NCBI GenBank assembly: GCA_021299715.1
Contig: JAJTEL010000005.1
Span: 42,955 to 106,954, forward strand
Length of the DNA stretch: 64,000 nucleotides
From: Ilumatobacteraceae bacterium
Lineage (GTDB): Bacteria > Actinomycetota > Acidimicrobiia > Acidimicrobiales > Ilumatobacteraceae
Reading direction: 5' to 3'
Shown: piece by piece, positions 44,706 to 53,539 of the stretch
How the letters are laid out: each line of letters opens with the position of its first letter
Position numbering within the stretch: the first letter of the stretch is position 1
Translations under genes and position numbers: made by a program
Notes under the pieces: model-generated
Seen by the model: the letters and a program-made list of their open reading frames with translations, nothing else
What the model was told of the DNA's origin: nothing
Database searches by the model: none

Positions 44706-46187
44706 TTAGGACTGTGAGCTCTTGTCACGCAAGTGGCGGCCAATGTAGGCCACCACTACTTCTTGCGTTTCTTGGTCGAAATACACGTGAATACGTACCA
44801 AGTGAGCTTTTCTTCCGCGTCGCAAGTGGGCTTCAGCACGAACAGTTTCGCCACGCCATGTGATGAGATAGTCCTCTTCAAATTTCTGACGAGCGTTATC
44901 AGAAATACGGGGAGCAAAGTCGAGTCCCATTTGGCGGCATGCCAACACGATGCTGGTGCCAGAAATTTCACCGGCACGCCATGCACGAGCAACTTCGTTC
45001 AAACGAACAAGATCTTGAAGAACACTGACCGGTTCGGGACCTTCAAGATGTTCTCCCGACTCGAGCGCACGTTCATGAAAGACAAGGTGTGGACAATGGT
45101 CTTGTGCAAGTCGAAGAGCTTCTTTCATAGACGCCACCGCGCGCACTTGCGGCGTACTGCCCGCCTGAATCTCTAACGACACATTGCGCAAGATGAGTTC
45201 GTCAAGTTGCCCGCCCTTTTGTTCAATTTGCACGCGTTGTTCAGCAATGATGCGGTCGGCATCGGCGAGCGCCGCTTGCATGTCTTCCACGGTGGCCTCT
45301 AGTTGTTCAATATGCAAGAGCTGATCATCAATCTCGTCTTCATCTGTCGCAGTGTCTCGTGGGGATTCAACGATTGGCTCATCGTCGTACCGTGGTGGCG
45401 GCGGAAGACGCGGTGCGCTAACTGTTCGAGCGGCAATCTCGGTAATCATCGTGGCCAGGCGTTGTACAACTGAAAATTCTTGTCCGACGCGCACATCTTG
45501 TCTGCGTTCAACGTGTGGCTCAAGTGGTCCGGCCCAATGAACGAGTAAGTATCCCGGACCAGTGAGGGCGGTTCCCGCAAGAGACAGGTATCCGCGTAGC
45601 GCTTCTGGTGTTGTGATGCGGAACTGATGAACAAGACCAGTGAGGGGACCGAGTGCATTAGGAAGGATTGGAGCAGCATTGTTCACAAAGTCGACAATTT
45701 CCACCACAACAGGAAGTGTGCGCCGTGGTGCATGAACAAGCGCACCTACGCGAGCGCCGTCTTCTTCAGTGCTGATAACAGTTGTGGTTCCACGCAAATA
45801 TTCGTTTGCATCTTCCATGCGTACAGACAGAAGAACTGAGTTAACGAGATGGACAACGTGTGGTGGTAATGGTTGAACTACGTACGGCGCCACGCGAATA
45901 GTTGTTGGGGTGGCAATGATTCGAAGGTCGAACAGAAGAGTGCTGTCTAGTGCAACAACGGTGGCAGTAATGGTTTGCGCATATGGCTTTCCTGTTGCAC
46001 TCTGCGTGATGGTGAGACGAAACACTGGGTCGTCTGTGCCTTCGCGAACACGAACAGAGGTACCCGGCGCATTTTCGTCGAACGGGTAGTGCTTCATCTG
46101 CCAGTCGGTGACAAGGTCTACAAGAGTGATGCGATCGCTCTCTGAATAATCGACAGCAGTGAGGGTGGTGGCGAATGTGGTGATCAC
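44706..46187 (-). CDS. Hypothetical 493-aa protein: N-terminal unknown domain, acidic/coiled-coil middle, C-terminal domain ending in a RelE/ParE-like strand motif
   Basis: GTG 46187 with GGGAGG 8-13 nt upstream. Central heptad-like stretch EDEIDDQLLHIEQLEATVEDMQAALADADRIIAEQRVQIEQKGGQLDELILRN. C-terminus HLRRGRKAHLVRIHVYFDQETQEVVVAYIGRHL. No family recognised. Confidence 0.7.
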   Translation of the reverse strand: MITTFATTLTAVDYSESDRITLVDLVTDWQMKHYPFDENAPGTSVRVREGTDDPVFRLTITQSATGKPYAQTITATVVALDSTLLFDLRIIATPTTIRVAPYVVQPLPPHVVHLVNSVLLSVRMEDANEYLRGTTTVISTEEDGARVGALVHAPRRTLPVVVEIVDFVNNAAPILPNALGPLTGLVHQFRITTPEALRGYLSLAGTALTGPGYLLVHWAGPLEPHVERRQDVRVGQEFSVVQRLATMITEIAARTVSAPRLPPPPRYDDEPIVESPRDTATDEDEIDDQLLHIEQLEATVEDMQAALADADRIIAEQRVQIEQKGGQLDELILRNVSLEIQAGSTPQVRAVASMKEALRLAQDHCPHLVFHERALESGEHLEGPEPVSVLQDLVRLNEVARAWRAGEISGTSIVLACRQMGLDFAPRISDNARQKFEEDYLITWRGETVRAEAHLRRGRKAHLVRIHVYFDQETQEVVVAYIGRHLRDKSSQS

Positions 46188-46214
46188 GGGAGAGGCCTCC
46201 CGTGGAGCAGGCCA

Positions 46215-46826
46215 TTAGCGATACGGCCGAAGTGCCTCGTGCACCTGAGAGAGAAGGGAAGTGACTTCGGCTGCATCATCGGGATCGAGTGTAAGCAAGT
46301 GGTCGAAGGCTGCCGACTCGATATTGATAGCAGGGTGCAACTGATAGAGCTGGGGCGAGGAAACGGGCTCCGCCGGGGTTTGAAGGCGGGCCGATCCGGG
46401 GGCCTCACGGTCAATCCAGCACTGGGCGGCTGCCCCTAGGGCCTGGAGGGTCCAGCCGGTTTCCAAGCGCACATTCCAGTGGCGGGATGGGGAACGCGGA
46501 CGAGAGAGTGAGACCTCCAATGGGGCCTGACGAACAGGAACTTGCATTCGCACAATGGGCCCGGAATGGTCGGCATGAGATATCTCGGCAACGACAGTGT
46601 CGTGCGCAACGGAAAGAACCAGTGGGTCATCTTGCAGGCGTTGCGATGTGTTGTACTGCTGGGGAGTGACGACTTCCCACACCCATGGACGTCCGCCAGT
46701 TTCAACTGTGGGCACGTTCATCCCCACCCACGCAACAGCGAGACCAGGCATTGTGACTCGTCGCCACGAGATGGAACTGTGTTGCTCTGCGAGCGAGCGT
46801 TTCACTTCTTCCACCATCGTGTGCAC
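46215..46826 (-). CDS. Hypothetical 203-aa soluble protein, first gene of the two-gene operon
   Basis: The ORF ends 27 nt before the downstream gene start. No TM segment, signal peptide or recognisable motif. Start at GTG 46826 or ATG 46817. Confidence 0.6.
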   Translation of the reverse strand: MHTMVEEVKRSLAEQHSSISWRRVTMPGLAVAWVGMNVPTVETGGRPWVWEVVTPQQYNTSQRLQDDPLVLSVAHDTVVAEISHADHSGPIVRMQVPVRQAPLEVSLSRPRSPSRHWNVRLETGWTLQALGAAAQCWIDREAPGSARLQTPAEPVSSPQLYQLHPAINIESAAFDHLLTLDPDDAAEVTSLLSQVHEALRPYR

Positions 46827-46893
46827 GGGACTTGATAGTGGCTTGTTTTCGTCCGTGAATGGTGGATACCCCTATCGGTGCCACACTTGCATC

Positions 46894-47700
46894 GTGCCAA
46901 TCTTTGAGCGACCTGACATCACCATTAATTACGAGATATATGGTGACGGGCCACGCGTGCTGTTCTTCAATGGCTCGGGTGCAACATTGCAGACCACCCA
47001 GTTACTGATTTCGGCGCTGGCAAAGCAGTGCACGGTACTTGCACACGATCAACGCGGGCTTGGTCTTACAAGCATTCCCGATGGTCCGTACACCATGCAG
47101 CAGTACGCACAAGACGGGGCTGCATTGCTTGACCATGTTGGTTGGGAGACATGTGCAGTGTTTGGAATTAGTTTCGGTGGCATGGTCGCACAAGAGTTTG
47201 CAGTGACTTATCCACAGCGGGTTGAGCGACTTGTTCTCATGTGTACATCGGCTGGTGGCGATGCAGGATCGTCGTATCCGCTACACGAATTGGGTTCGCT
47301 CGCACCCGCTGAACGTGCGCGCAAAGTGACTGAACTTACCGATTCACGTTGGACTGAAGAATGGCTAGCCGAACATTCGGCAGACGCACAAATGGTTGCT
47401 CTGAGAAATGAGCAAGCCGCTCGGCCGAAATCTGACGACGTCATTCGTGGTGAACGTCTTCAGTTACTTGCACGAATTGAGCACAACGTTGCAGACCGCC
47501 TACATCGCGTGACTGCGCCAACGTTTGTTATGGCAGGTCGTTTCGACGGAATTGCACCACCAACGAACTCCGAGGAAATTGTGAAGCGAATTCCCGATGC
47601 ATCTCTTGCCATTTATGAGGGTGGCCACATCTTTTCCGCACAAGATAAACAAGCCATGATTGATGTTCGACAATTTCTGACAACCGGACATCGACCATGA
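46894..47700 (+). CDS. alpha/beta hydrolase
   Basis: Start at GTG 46894 (VPIFERPDITINYEIYGDGPRVLFFNG). Nucleophile elbow GISFGG. 4-nt overlap with the downstream sulfatase. Confidence 0.8.
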   Translation: MPIFERPDITINYEIYGDGPRVLFFNGSGATLQTTQLLISALAKQCTVLAHDQRGLGLTSIPDGPYTMQQYAQDGAALLDHVGWETCAVFGISFGGMVAQEFAVTYPQRVERLVLMCTSAGGDAGSSYPLHELGSLAPAERARKVTELTDSRWTEEWLAEHSADAQMVALRNEQAARPKSDDVIRGERLQLLARIEHNVADRLHRVTAPTFVMAGRFDGIAPPTNSEEIVKRIPDASLAIYEGGHIFSAQDKQAMIDVRQFLTTGHRP

Positions 47701-49160
47701 CCCCAAATATCTTGCTCATCACGCTGGATCAATTCCGTGGAGATTGTTTGTCCGCTGCTGGTCATCCGCTTGTGAAGACGCCACATCTTGATGCGTTGGC
47801 GGCAAACGGAGTTCGATTCACACGCCATTACAGCCAAGCATCGCCGTGCGCGCCAGGTAGAGCATCGTTGTACACCGGTATGTATCAAATGAATCATCGG
47901 GTCGTGGCGAACGGCACTCCCTTAGACGAACGATTCGACAACATTGCACTTGTTGCACGACGCGCCGGATATGCACCTGCTCTGTTTGGTTACACCGACC
48001 AATCTGTTGACCCACGCGTGACCACCGGCCCCGACGACGAACGGTTGACTACCTATGAAGGCGTACTTCCCGGCTTCGATTGCCAGTTAGATCTCACAGG
48101 AAACTTTCGACCGTGGCGAGAGTTCTTAAAATCTCGTGGTCACAACACTGCCATGGGAATCCTTGATCTTCTGAAGTCTGAAGGAGACCGTCCCGAAGAG
48201 GTGAGTGTGTCGTCTTTTCTCACGTCTGAACTTCTGCAATGGATTAACCAACAGTCTGGCGCATGGTTTGCACATGCAAGTTTCATTCGCCCACATCCTC
48301 CGTACGCGGCGGCTGGGAAATACGCAACCATGTATTCACCTGAACATGTAGGTGAACCAATTCAGCGTGCCGACACAGTTCATCCGTTCCACGAAGTGAT
48401 GCTGCAACTCGATTCAACAAAGGCCCCTGAAGATGCAGACGAGTTGGCCAAAATGCGTGCGCAGTATTTTGGAATGATTAGTGAAGTTGACGCTCAACTG
48501 GGACGAATTTGGGAAGCGTTGCGAGAGAGTGGTGAATGGGACAACACCGTCATTGTTGTTGTTGCTGATCACGCAGAACTCTTAGGTGATCATGGTCTGA
48601 AAGAAAAAGTTGGGTACTGGGATACCAGCCAACACATCGTGGGTATTGTTCGAGATCCACGACACCCCGCAGGTCACGGAACAATCGTTTCTCATTTCAC
48701 TGAGAACGTCGACATCATGCCAACGTTGTGCGATGCCATGGGCGTTGCAATTCCCGCACAATGCGACGGTCTTCCGCTCACTCCATTTCTTGAAGGAGTT
48801 GAACCCGAATGGTGGCGTGACGCCGCCCATTGGGAATACGACTGGCGCTTTGCTTTGATTCCGCTTGATAGATATGAATGGCCATGGAAGCGACGGTTAG
48901 AGCAATTGAACTTGTCGGTTCGACGCAGCGACACTCATCTGTTTGTTCAATTCGCCGACGGTGATCACTTATGTTTTGATCTCCTTGCCGACCCACATCA
49001 GCGTGTGACCACCGACGACCCTGCGGTGTTGTGGCGCGAGGCACGAGCAACATTGCAATGGCGAATGGAACACGCCGACAGAACGCTCACCGGATTTCTT
49101 GTGGAAGAAGGCGGCAAGGGTCGCTGGCCAGACAATGTTCAGTGGCGCCAACAGGCCTAA
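47697..49160 (+). CDS. Sulfatase (Cys-type), no signal peptide
   Basis: 487 aa. ILLITLDQFRGD metal-ligand block, C-x-P-x-R signature in ASPCAPGRASLYTG, and VVADHAELLGDHG block. Confidence 0.9.
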   Translation: MTPNILLITLDQFRGDCLSAAGHPLVKTPHLDALAANGVRFTRHYSQASPCAPGRASLYTGMYQMNHRVVANGTPLDERFDNIALVARRAGYAPALFGYTDQSVDPRVTTGPDDERLTTYEGVLPGFDCQLDLTGNFRPWREFLKSRGHNTAMGILDLLKSEGDRPEEVSVSSFLTSELLQWINQQSGAWFAHASFIRPHPPYAAAGKYATMYSPEHVGEPIQRADTVHPFHEVMLQLDSTKAPEDADELAKMRAQYFGMISEVDAQLGRIWEALRESGEWDNTVIVVVADHAELLGDHGLKEKVGYWDTSQHIVGIVRDPRHPAGHGTIVSHFTENVDIMPTLCDAMGVAIPAQCDGLPLTPFLEGVEPEWWRDAAHWEYDWRFALIPLDRYEWPWKRRLEQLNLSVRRSDTHLFVQFADGDHLCFDLLADPHQRVTTDDPAVLWREARATLQWRMEHADRTLTGFLVEEGGKGRWPDNVQWRQQA

Positions 49161-49807
49161 AACGACCACGTATCGATAGACATCATGGTGTTCAGCGGCG
49201 CACGTTGAAGTGGGCCGTGGTTTCCCTTTGGATAACCCAGCGGAATCATGGCGTGCACACCCCAGCCGTCAGGAAACTTGAGGATGTCTCGCAGTTCACT
49301 CTCGCGTGAACAGATAAGGGTTGTGAGAACTCCTCCTAATCCTTCTGCACGCGCCGCCAAAAGAAAGTTCTGCACGGCTGGGTACAACGAAGCACCACCA
49401 ACAACGGGGTGACGACCAAGTCCCGCATCGGTGACATACAGCGCTGATGGATCGTGAACAAACAGCGCAACAACAGGGATGTCGGCCAGGTTCTCTGCAA
49501 GTGCGGTGCCTGTTCCGAATTGCGCGCGAACCTTCTGGATAACTTCTGCTGGTTGGTCGCCCAGCTTTGCAATGTTGTAGTCGACATACTTTGCCCACTC
49601 GTCCACGTACAGTGCAGACAACTTCTCTTTAATGGCGCGATCACGCACCGCAATGAGTCGCCATGGTTGACGATTACCGCCACTTGGTGCCCACACCGAG
49701 GCTTGACAGACGCGTTCGAGAGTTTCCTGGTCAATCGGGGTGTCGCGAATGCGCCGGATAGAACGCGTAGTGGACAGAAGCGAATAGAAGTCGTCTGTAA
49801 TTGCCAT
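49157..49807 (-). CDS. Nitroreductase family protein
   Basis: RSIRRIRDTPI...VWAPSGGNRQPWRLIAV. Confidence 0.85.
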   Translation of the reverse strand: MAITDDFYSLLSTTRSIRRIRDTPIDQETLERVCQASVWAPSGGNRQPWRLIAVRDRAIKEKLSALYVDEWAKYVDYNIAKLGDQPAEVIQKVRAQFGTGTALAENLADIPVVALFVHDPSALYVTDAGLGRHPVVGGASLYPAVQNFLLAARAEGLGGVLTTLICSRESELRDILKFPDGWGVHAMIPLGYPKGNHGPLQRAPLNTMMSIDTWSF

Positions 49808-49835
49808 GTAGGCAGTCTGTCACTTGTGAACTGGG

Positions 49836-50315
49836 TTAGCGACGGTGGGCGCTTGCGCCCCACGGTGCTGCTTCTAAGCCCAATCCTACAAACAACGAAT
49901 GCAACAGTGCTGCGTACTCAACGGAGAGGTGAGCACGGGTGAGGCGTATGAGTTCGTCGCGAAAGAGAACCCCGTGACCGTCTATGCGAACGGAGGCGTG
50001 TGCAACTTCGTGCAAAAGAGTGGACAAGGTGGTGGTGCGCCCATAGAGGCAAATGCGGTGTGAATCGATGTCGGTAGATGCAAGTGCGCTGGGCCTAGCT
50101 TTTGCAATGTGAAGTTCGGGAACATCGATGTCTTCGCGATGGCAAACGGATTGCAACCAGTCTTCTAGTTCGTGTGATTGCATAATGCGCGCGCCAACTA
50201 TGTGGTCGGCCACGTGTTCGCAGGCATAGGTGAGTGCTTGCTCTGTGGAGCACCGCGGAAATTGTGTTGCAAGCGATTGTGCCTGCGTGACAAGTTCGTT
50301 GATGCTGTGGCTCAT
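49836..50315 (-). CDS. HEXXH-motif putative metallohydrolase (Rv0185/TIGR04338-like)
   Basis: 159 aa with LLHEVAHAS (HExxH). 4-nt overlap with the upstream DUF2786-like gene, matching the Rv0184-Rv0185 pairing as I recall it. Confidence 0.6.
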   Translation of the reverse strand: MSHSINELVTQAQSLATQFPRCSTEQALTYACEHVADHIVGARIMQSHELEDWLQSVCHREDIDVPELHIAKARPSALASTDIDSHRICLYGRTTTLSTLLHEVAHASVRIDGHGVLFRDELIRLTRAHLSVEYAALLHSLFVGLGLEAAPWGASAHRR

Positions 50316-50998
50316 AGTTCGCCACGAACTCCGCTGGTGAATGAACGACCACCTGTGGAGAACCCTTGCCCTGCAGCACGCCCGTTGGCGTAGGCGCCAG
50401 ATGAGGTGTCGGTGTACGAGCGACTGCCCGATAATGGTGGGGCGGTAGCACGCATTTCTTTGGTTGCGCGTTCCATACGGCTAGCCAGTACTAAGCCAGA
50501 GCCTGGTGTCTCGCTAATGAATTCTTTACGTGACGTGTTGAGTGCTTCGACAATTCCTTGTGTAAACCCGTTCCACCATGCTGTGCGCCACGAGCGGTCT
50601 CCGCGTGGTAACACGCGAGCGCCAAGAAGATCTGCTGCGCAAAAAAGCGTGTACGCCGCAGTGATGTCGTTGTCGCGTCCGTAAAGAACCATGACGCAGT
50701 TGTCATCGTCGTCGTCGAACCCGCGGTATCCGGCACATGAATGCAAGCGAGCAATGTGCCACAACAAGTCTTTGCGGCGAACGCGGTACGGGCCACCAAT
50801 GAGAAACGTGCGAATAACAACTTCGGTGTCTTCTGCGGGTGCAGAGTCGGCAATGTCGCTTTCTGAGAGTCCGTGCTTTTGCATGAGTTTGGACGCCAGG
50901 GCAAGAGCAGTTTCTGCCTCGGCTTGCGGCGTGTTGGGGTGCTGCGCAAGGGTAAGTAGTGCCTGAATACGGTCTCGTTGGTCGCTCATGCGGCGCAC
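50312..50998 (-). CDS. DUF2786 domain protein (Rv0184-like)
   Basis: N-terminus RIQALLTLAQHPNTPQAEAETALALASKLMQKHGL matches the DUF2786 pattern (K/R-I-xxLL-xxA-...-E-AE-A-...-A-xxL-M). Confidence 0.6.
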   Translation of the reverse strand: MRRMSDQRDRIQALLTLAQHPNTPQAEAETALALASKLMQKHGLSESDIADSAPAEDTEVVIRTFLIGGPYRVRRKDLLWHIARLHSCAGYRGFDDDDDNCVMVLYGRDNDITAAYTLFCAADLLGARVLPRGDRSWRTAWWNGFTQGIVEALNTSRKEFISETPGSGLVLASRMERATKEMRATAPPLSGSRSYTDTSSGAYANGRAAGQGFSTGGRSFTSGVRGEL

Positions 50999-51014
50999 CT
51001 TAGAGGGAGGGTGT

Positions 51015-51776
51015 TCAGTGGTTCAGCACATTCGCAAGGAACGTGCGGGTGCGTTCTTCGCGGGGCGAAGAAATGACTTGAGATGGTGGGCCCTGCTCCA
51101 CAATGACGCCACCGTCCATAAAGACAACACGCGATGCAACATTTGATGCAAATCCCATTTCATGCGTGACGACCAACATGGTCATTCCCTCGTCGGCAAG
51201 GGACCGCATCACTTGAAGTACTTCACCCACTAATTCTGGGTCCAGTGCGCTAGTGGCTTCGTCAAACAACATGACGTCTGGATTCATGGCAAGTGCACGA
51301 GCAATTGCAACTCGCTGCTGTTGTCCGCCAGACAGTTGACCAGGGTAGGCATCGGCCTTTTCACCCAGACCCACACGTTGTAAAAGTGCGCGGCCAGTTT
51401 GTTCGGCTTCGGAAGCACTGCGCTTGAGAACTTTGCGTTGAGCAACGCACACATTTTGAAGAGCTGTCATGTGAGGGAACAGGTTGAACTGTTGAAACAC
51501 CATTCCAATTTTTGAACGCGCTTCGTCAATATCGCAATCAATATGTGTGAGTTCTCGACCAAGAACAACAATGCGCCCACTGCTTGGTTGTTCCAGCATG
51601 TTGACGCAACGCAACAACGTGCTTTTGCCTGATCCGGAGGGGCCGATAATGCACACCACTTCACCGCGTTGTACTTCAAGGTCGATTCCACGAAGTACGT
51701 GGTTAGTACCGAATGACTTGTTGAGAGCAGAAATGCTGACCACGTAATCATCAATGAAGATGGGCTCTTGACTCAT
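51015..51776 (-). CDS. Amino acid ABC transporter ATP-binding protein
   Basis: Walker [10 protein letters not shown], signature LSGGQQQR, Walker [15 protein letters not shown] 51776 forms an ATGA overlap with the permease stop. The rest of the 394-aa track ORF is a shadow of the permease gene. Confidence 0.9.
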   Translation of the reverse strand: MSQEPIFIDDYVVSISALNKSFGTNHVLRGIDLEVQRGEVVCIIGPSGSGKSTLLRCVNMLEQPSSGRIVVLGRELTHIDCDIDEARSKIGMVFQQFNLFPHMTALQNVCVAQRKVLKRSASEAEQTGRALLQRVGLGEKADAYPGQLSGGQQQRVAIARALAMNPDVMLFDEATSALDPELVGEVLQVMRSLADEGMTMLVVTHEMGFASNVASRVVFMDGGVIVEQGPPSQVISSPREERTRTFLANVLNH

Positions 51777-52564
51777 TTGCCCGCCGCCTTCGCACGGCGT
51801 TCCATCCACGCCACTAATTGTGTGAGGGGGAGTGTCATTGCTAAGTACACAAGGCCGGCCACCATGAGCGGCGTTGCGTTCGCAGTTGAGTTCACCCCGT
51901 CGCGACCAAAGCGCGCCAGGTCTTTTGTTGCAGCAGTAACACCGAGAACTGAGATGAGAGATGTGTCTTTGATGAGCAATACGAATTCGTTCGTAAGGGG
52001 GGGAATAATGATGCGAAGTGCTTGCGGAATGACAATGGTGGACATTGCCCGCGGGTATGACATACCCAGTGATCGGGCTGCTTCCATTTGACCTTTGGGA
52101 ACAGCTTCGATTCCGGCCCGAATTGTTTCGGCCATATAAGCAGCGGCTACTAATGCAAGCGGAACTGCACCTTGCATGTATGCGTTTGGCCATTGCCAAC
52201 CAGTAGCAATGGGAATACCGAAGCCAAGAATGAGAAGTGTGACAACGAGGGGAATGCCACGGAAAATTTCAATGTAAATAGCGGCTAACCATCTGTACGG
52301 ACGAATTGTGCTGAGGCGCATCAGCGCAAAGATGAGTCCGAAAGTAAGCCCGCCGGCGAAGCCAAGAATCGTGAAGATGACCGTGTTCTTTGCGGCTTTA
52401 GTGAGGATGTCGGGGAATTGTTCCTTTACAAGGTTCCATCGGAACATTGCGTTGGAAAGTTTGCTCCAGTCAACGAGAAGGGCCACGGCCAGCAGTGCAG
52501 CGATGCTGAGTGCATACACGGCATACCGTGTGTACATCGCACGCTTGCGCTTGCTGATTGCCAT
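51773..52564 (-). CDS. Amino acid ABC transporter permease (His/Glu/Gln/Arg/opine family)
   Basis: 263 aa with 5 TM segments and an EAA-like loop [23 protein letters not shown]. Confidence 0.9.
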   Translation of the reverse strand: MAISKRKRAMYTRYAVYALSIAALLAVALLVDWSKLSNAMFRWNLVKEQFPDILTKAAKNTVIFTILGFAGGLTFGLIFALMRLSTIRPYRWLAAIYIEIFRGIPLVVTLLILGFGIPIATGWQWPNAYMQGAVPLALVAAAYMAETIRAGIEAVPKGQMEAARSLGMSYPRAMSTIVIPQALRIIIPPLTNEFVLLIKDTSLISVLGVTAATKDLARFGRDGVNSTANATPLMVAGLVYLAMTLPLTQLVAWMERRAKAAGK

Positions 52565-52600
52565 GGCCCCCTCGTTTTCTGTTACGTCAGTGTGAGCTAA

Positions 52601-53401
52601 TTAGCCGATGAAGTACTTGTCGTAAATGGTCTTGTAGTCGCCGGACTCCTTGAGAGCGTCAATGCCCTTGTTCAAGATGTCGAGAAGTGCAGTGTCACCA
52701 GTCTTAACGGCAAAGCCGTACTGCTCTGGTGTGTCTTCAAACTTGACGGAAACTGTTGAAGTTCCCTGCTTGTCTGCGCGTTCCTTATTGATGAGGTAGT
52801 CCTGCAGAACTGCGTCTACCTGACCTGACTCAAGAGCAAGGAACATTGCTGATGCTTCGTCAAACGACTGAATTGTTGCACCTTCGGGCTTGTTGGCGTT
52901 TGCGAATGCTTCACCAGTTGTTCCGGTCTGCACAGCAATTGTCTTTCCTGCAAGTGCTTCAAGCGAGTTGTACTTCTCTGCATCGGCCTTGCGAACAAGC
53001 AACGACTGGAATGCATCGAAGTAGCTCTGTGTGAAGTCTGCTGCGTTTTCACGCTCTTCGGTGATGGTCATTGACGATGCCACCATGTCGCACTTACCTG
53101 CTGCTGGTGCAAGCCAGATTCCGTCGAATGGTTGAACGCTGACTTCAAGCTCAAGACCATTGTCTTCAGCAATTGCGCGAACAACATCCATGTCGAATCC
53201 GGTCCATTCACCGTTCTCGTCTTGGAACTCGAATGGTTCATATGGAGCGTCTGAACAAACGGTGAGTGAACCCTCTTTGACGAGTTCAAGTTCACCGCCA
53301 GAGGCGACGGTTGTGTCTGATGATGAGTCGTCTCCACCGCAAGCGGCGACGACGAGTGAAAGTGCTGCAACTGCTGCAAGCACGCGGGTATGACGGGCCA
53401 T
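52601..53401 (-). CDS. Amino acid ABC transporter substrate-binding lipoprotein (family 3)
   Basis: Start ATG 53401 (MARHTRVLAAVAALSLVVAACGG, lipobox). SBP_bac_3-like body. Confidence 0.85.
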   Translation of the reverse strand: MARHTRVLAAVAALSLVVAACGGDDSSSDTTVASGGELELVKEGSLTVCSDAPYEPFEFQDENGEWTGFDMDVVRAIAEDNGLELEVSVQPFDGIWLAPAAGKCDMVASSMTITEERENAADFTQSYFDAFQSLLVRKADAEKYNSLEALAGKTIAVQTGTTGEAFANANKPEGATIQSFDEASAMFLALESGQVDAVLQDYLINKERADKQGTSTVSVKFEDTPEQYGFAVKTGDTALLDILNKGIDALKESGDYKTIYDKYFIG

Positions 53402-53539
53402 TGTGACTCCTTGGAATGACGTTGAAATGGTCGGATGAAACCTTAGACCACAGAGCCACTGCACCAAACGCCTGCGCTGTGACTAACAGCCCGCAACGTG
53501 TACCTCAGGCGGCCGAAGGGGGAAGCAATACTTAGTGGG

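Noticed and set aside
51777-52199. N-terminal 141 codons of the 394-aa track ORF upstream of the ABC ATPase
   Set aside because: This part lies entirely within the permease gene in another frame. The ATPase has a canonical ATG at 51776, forming an ATGA overlap with the permease stop.
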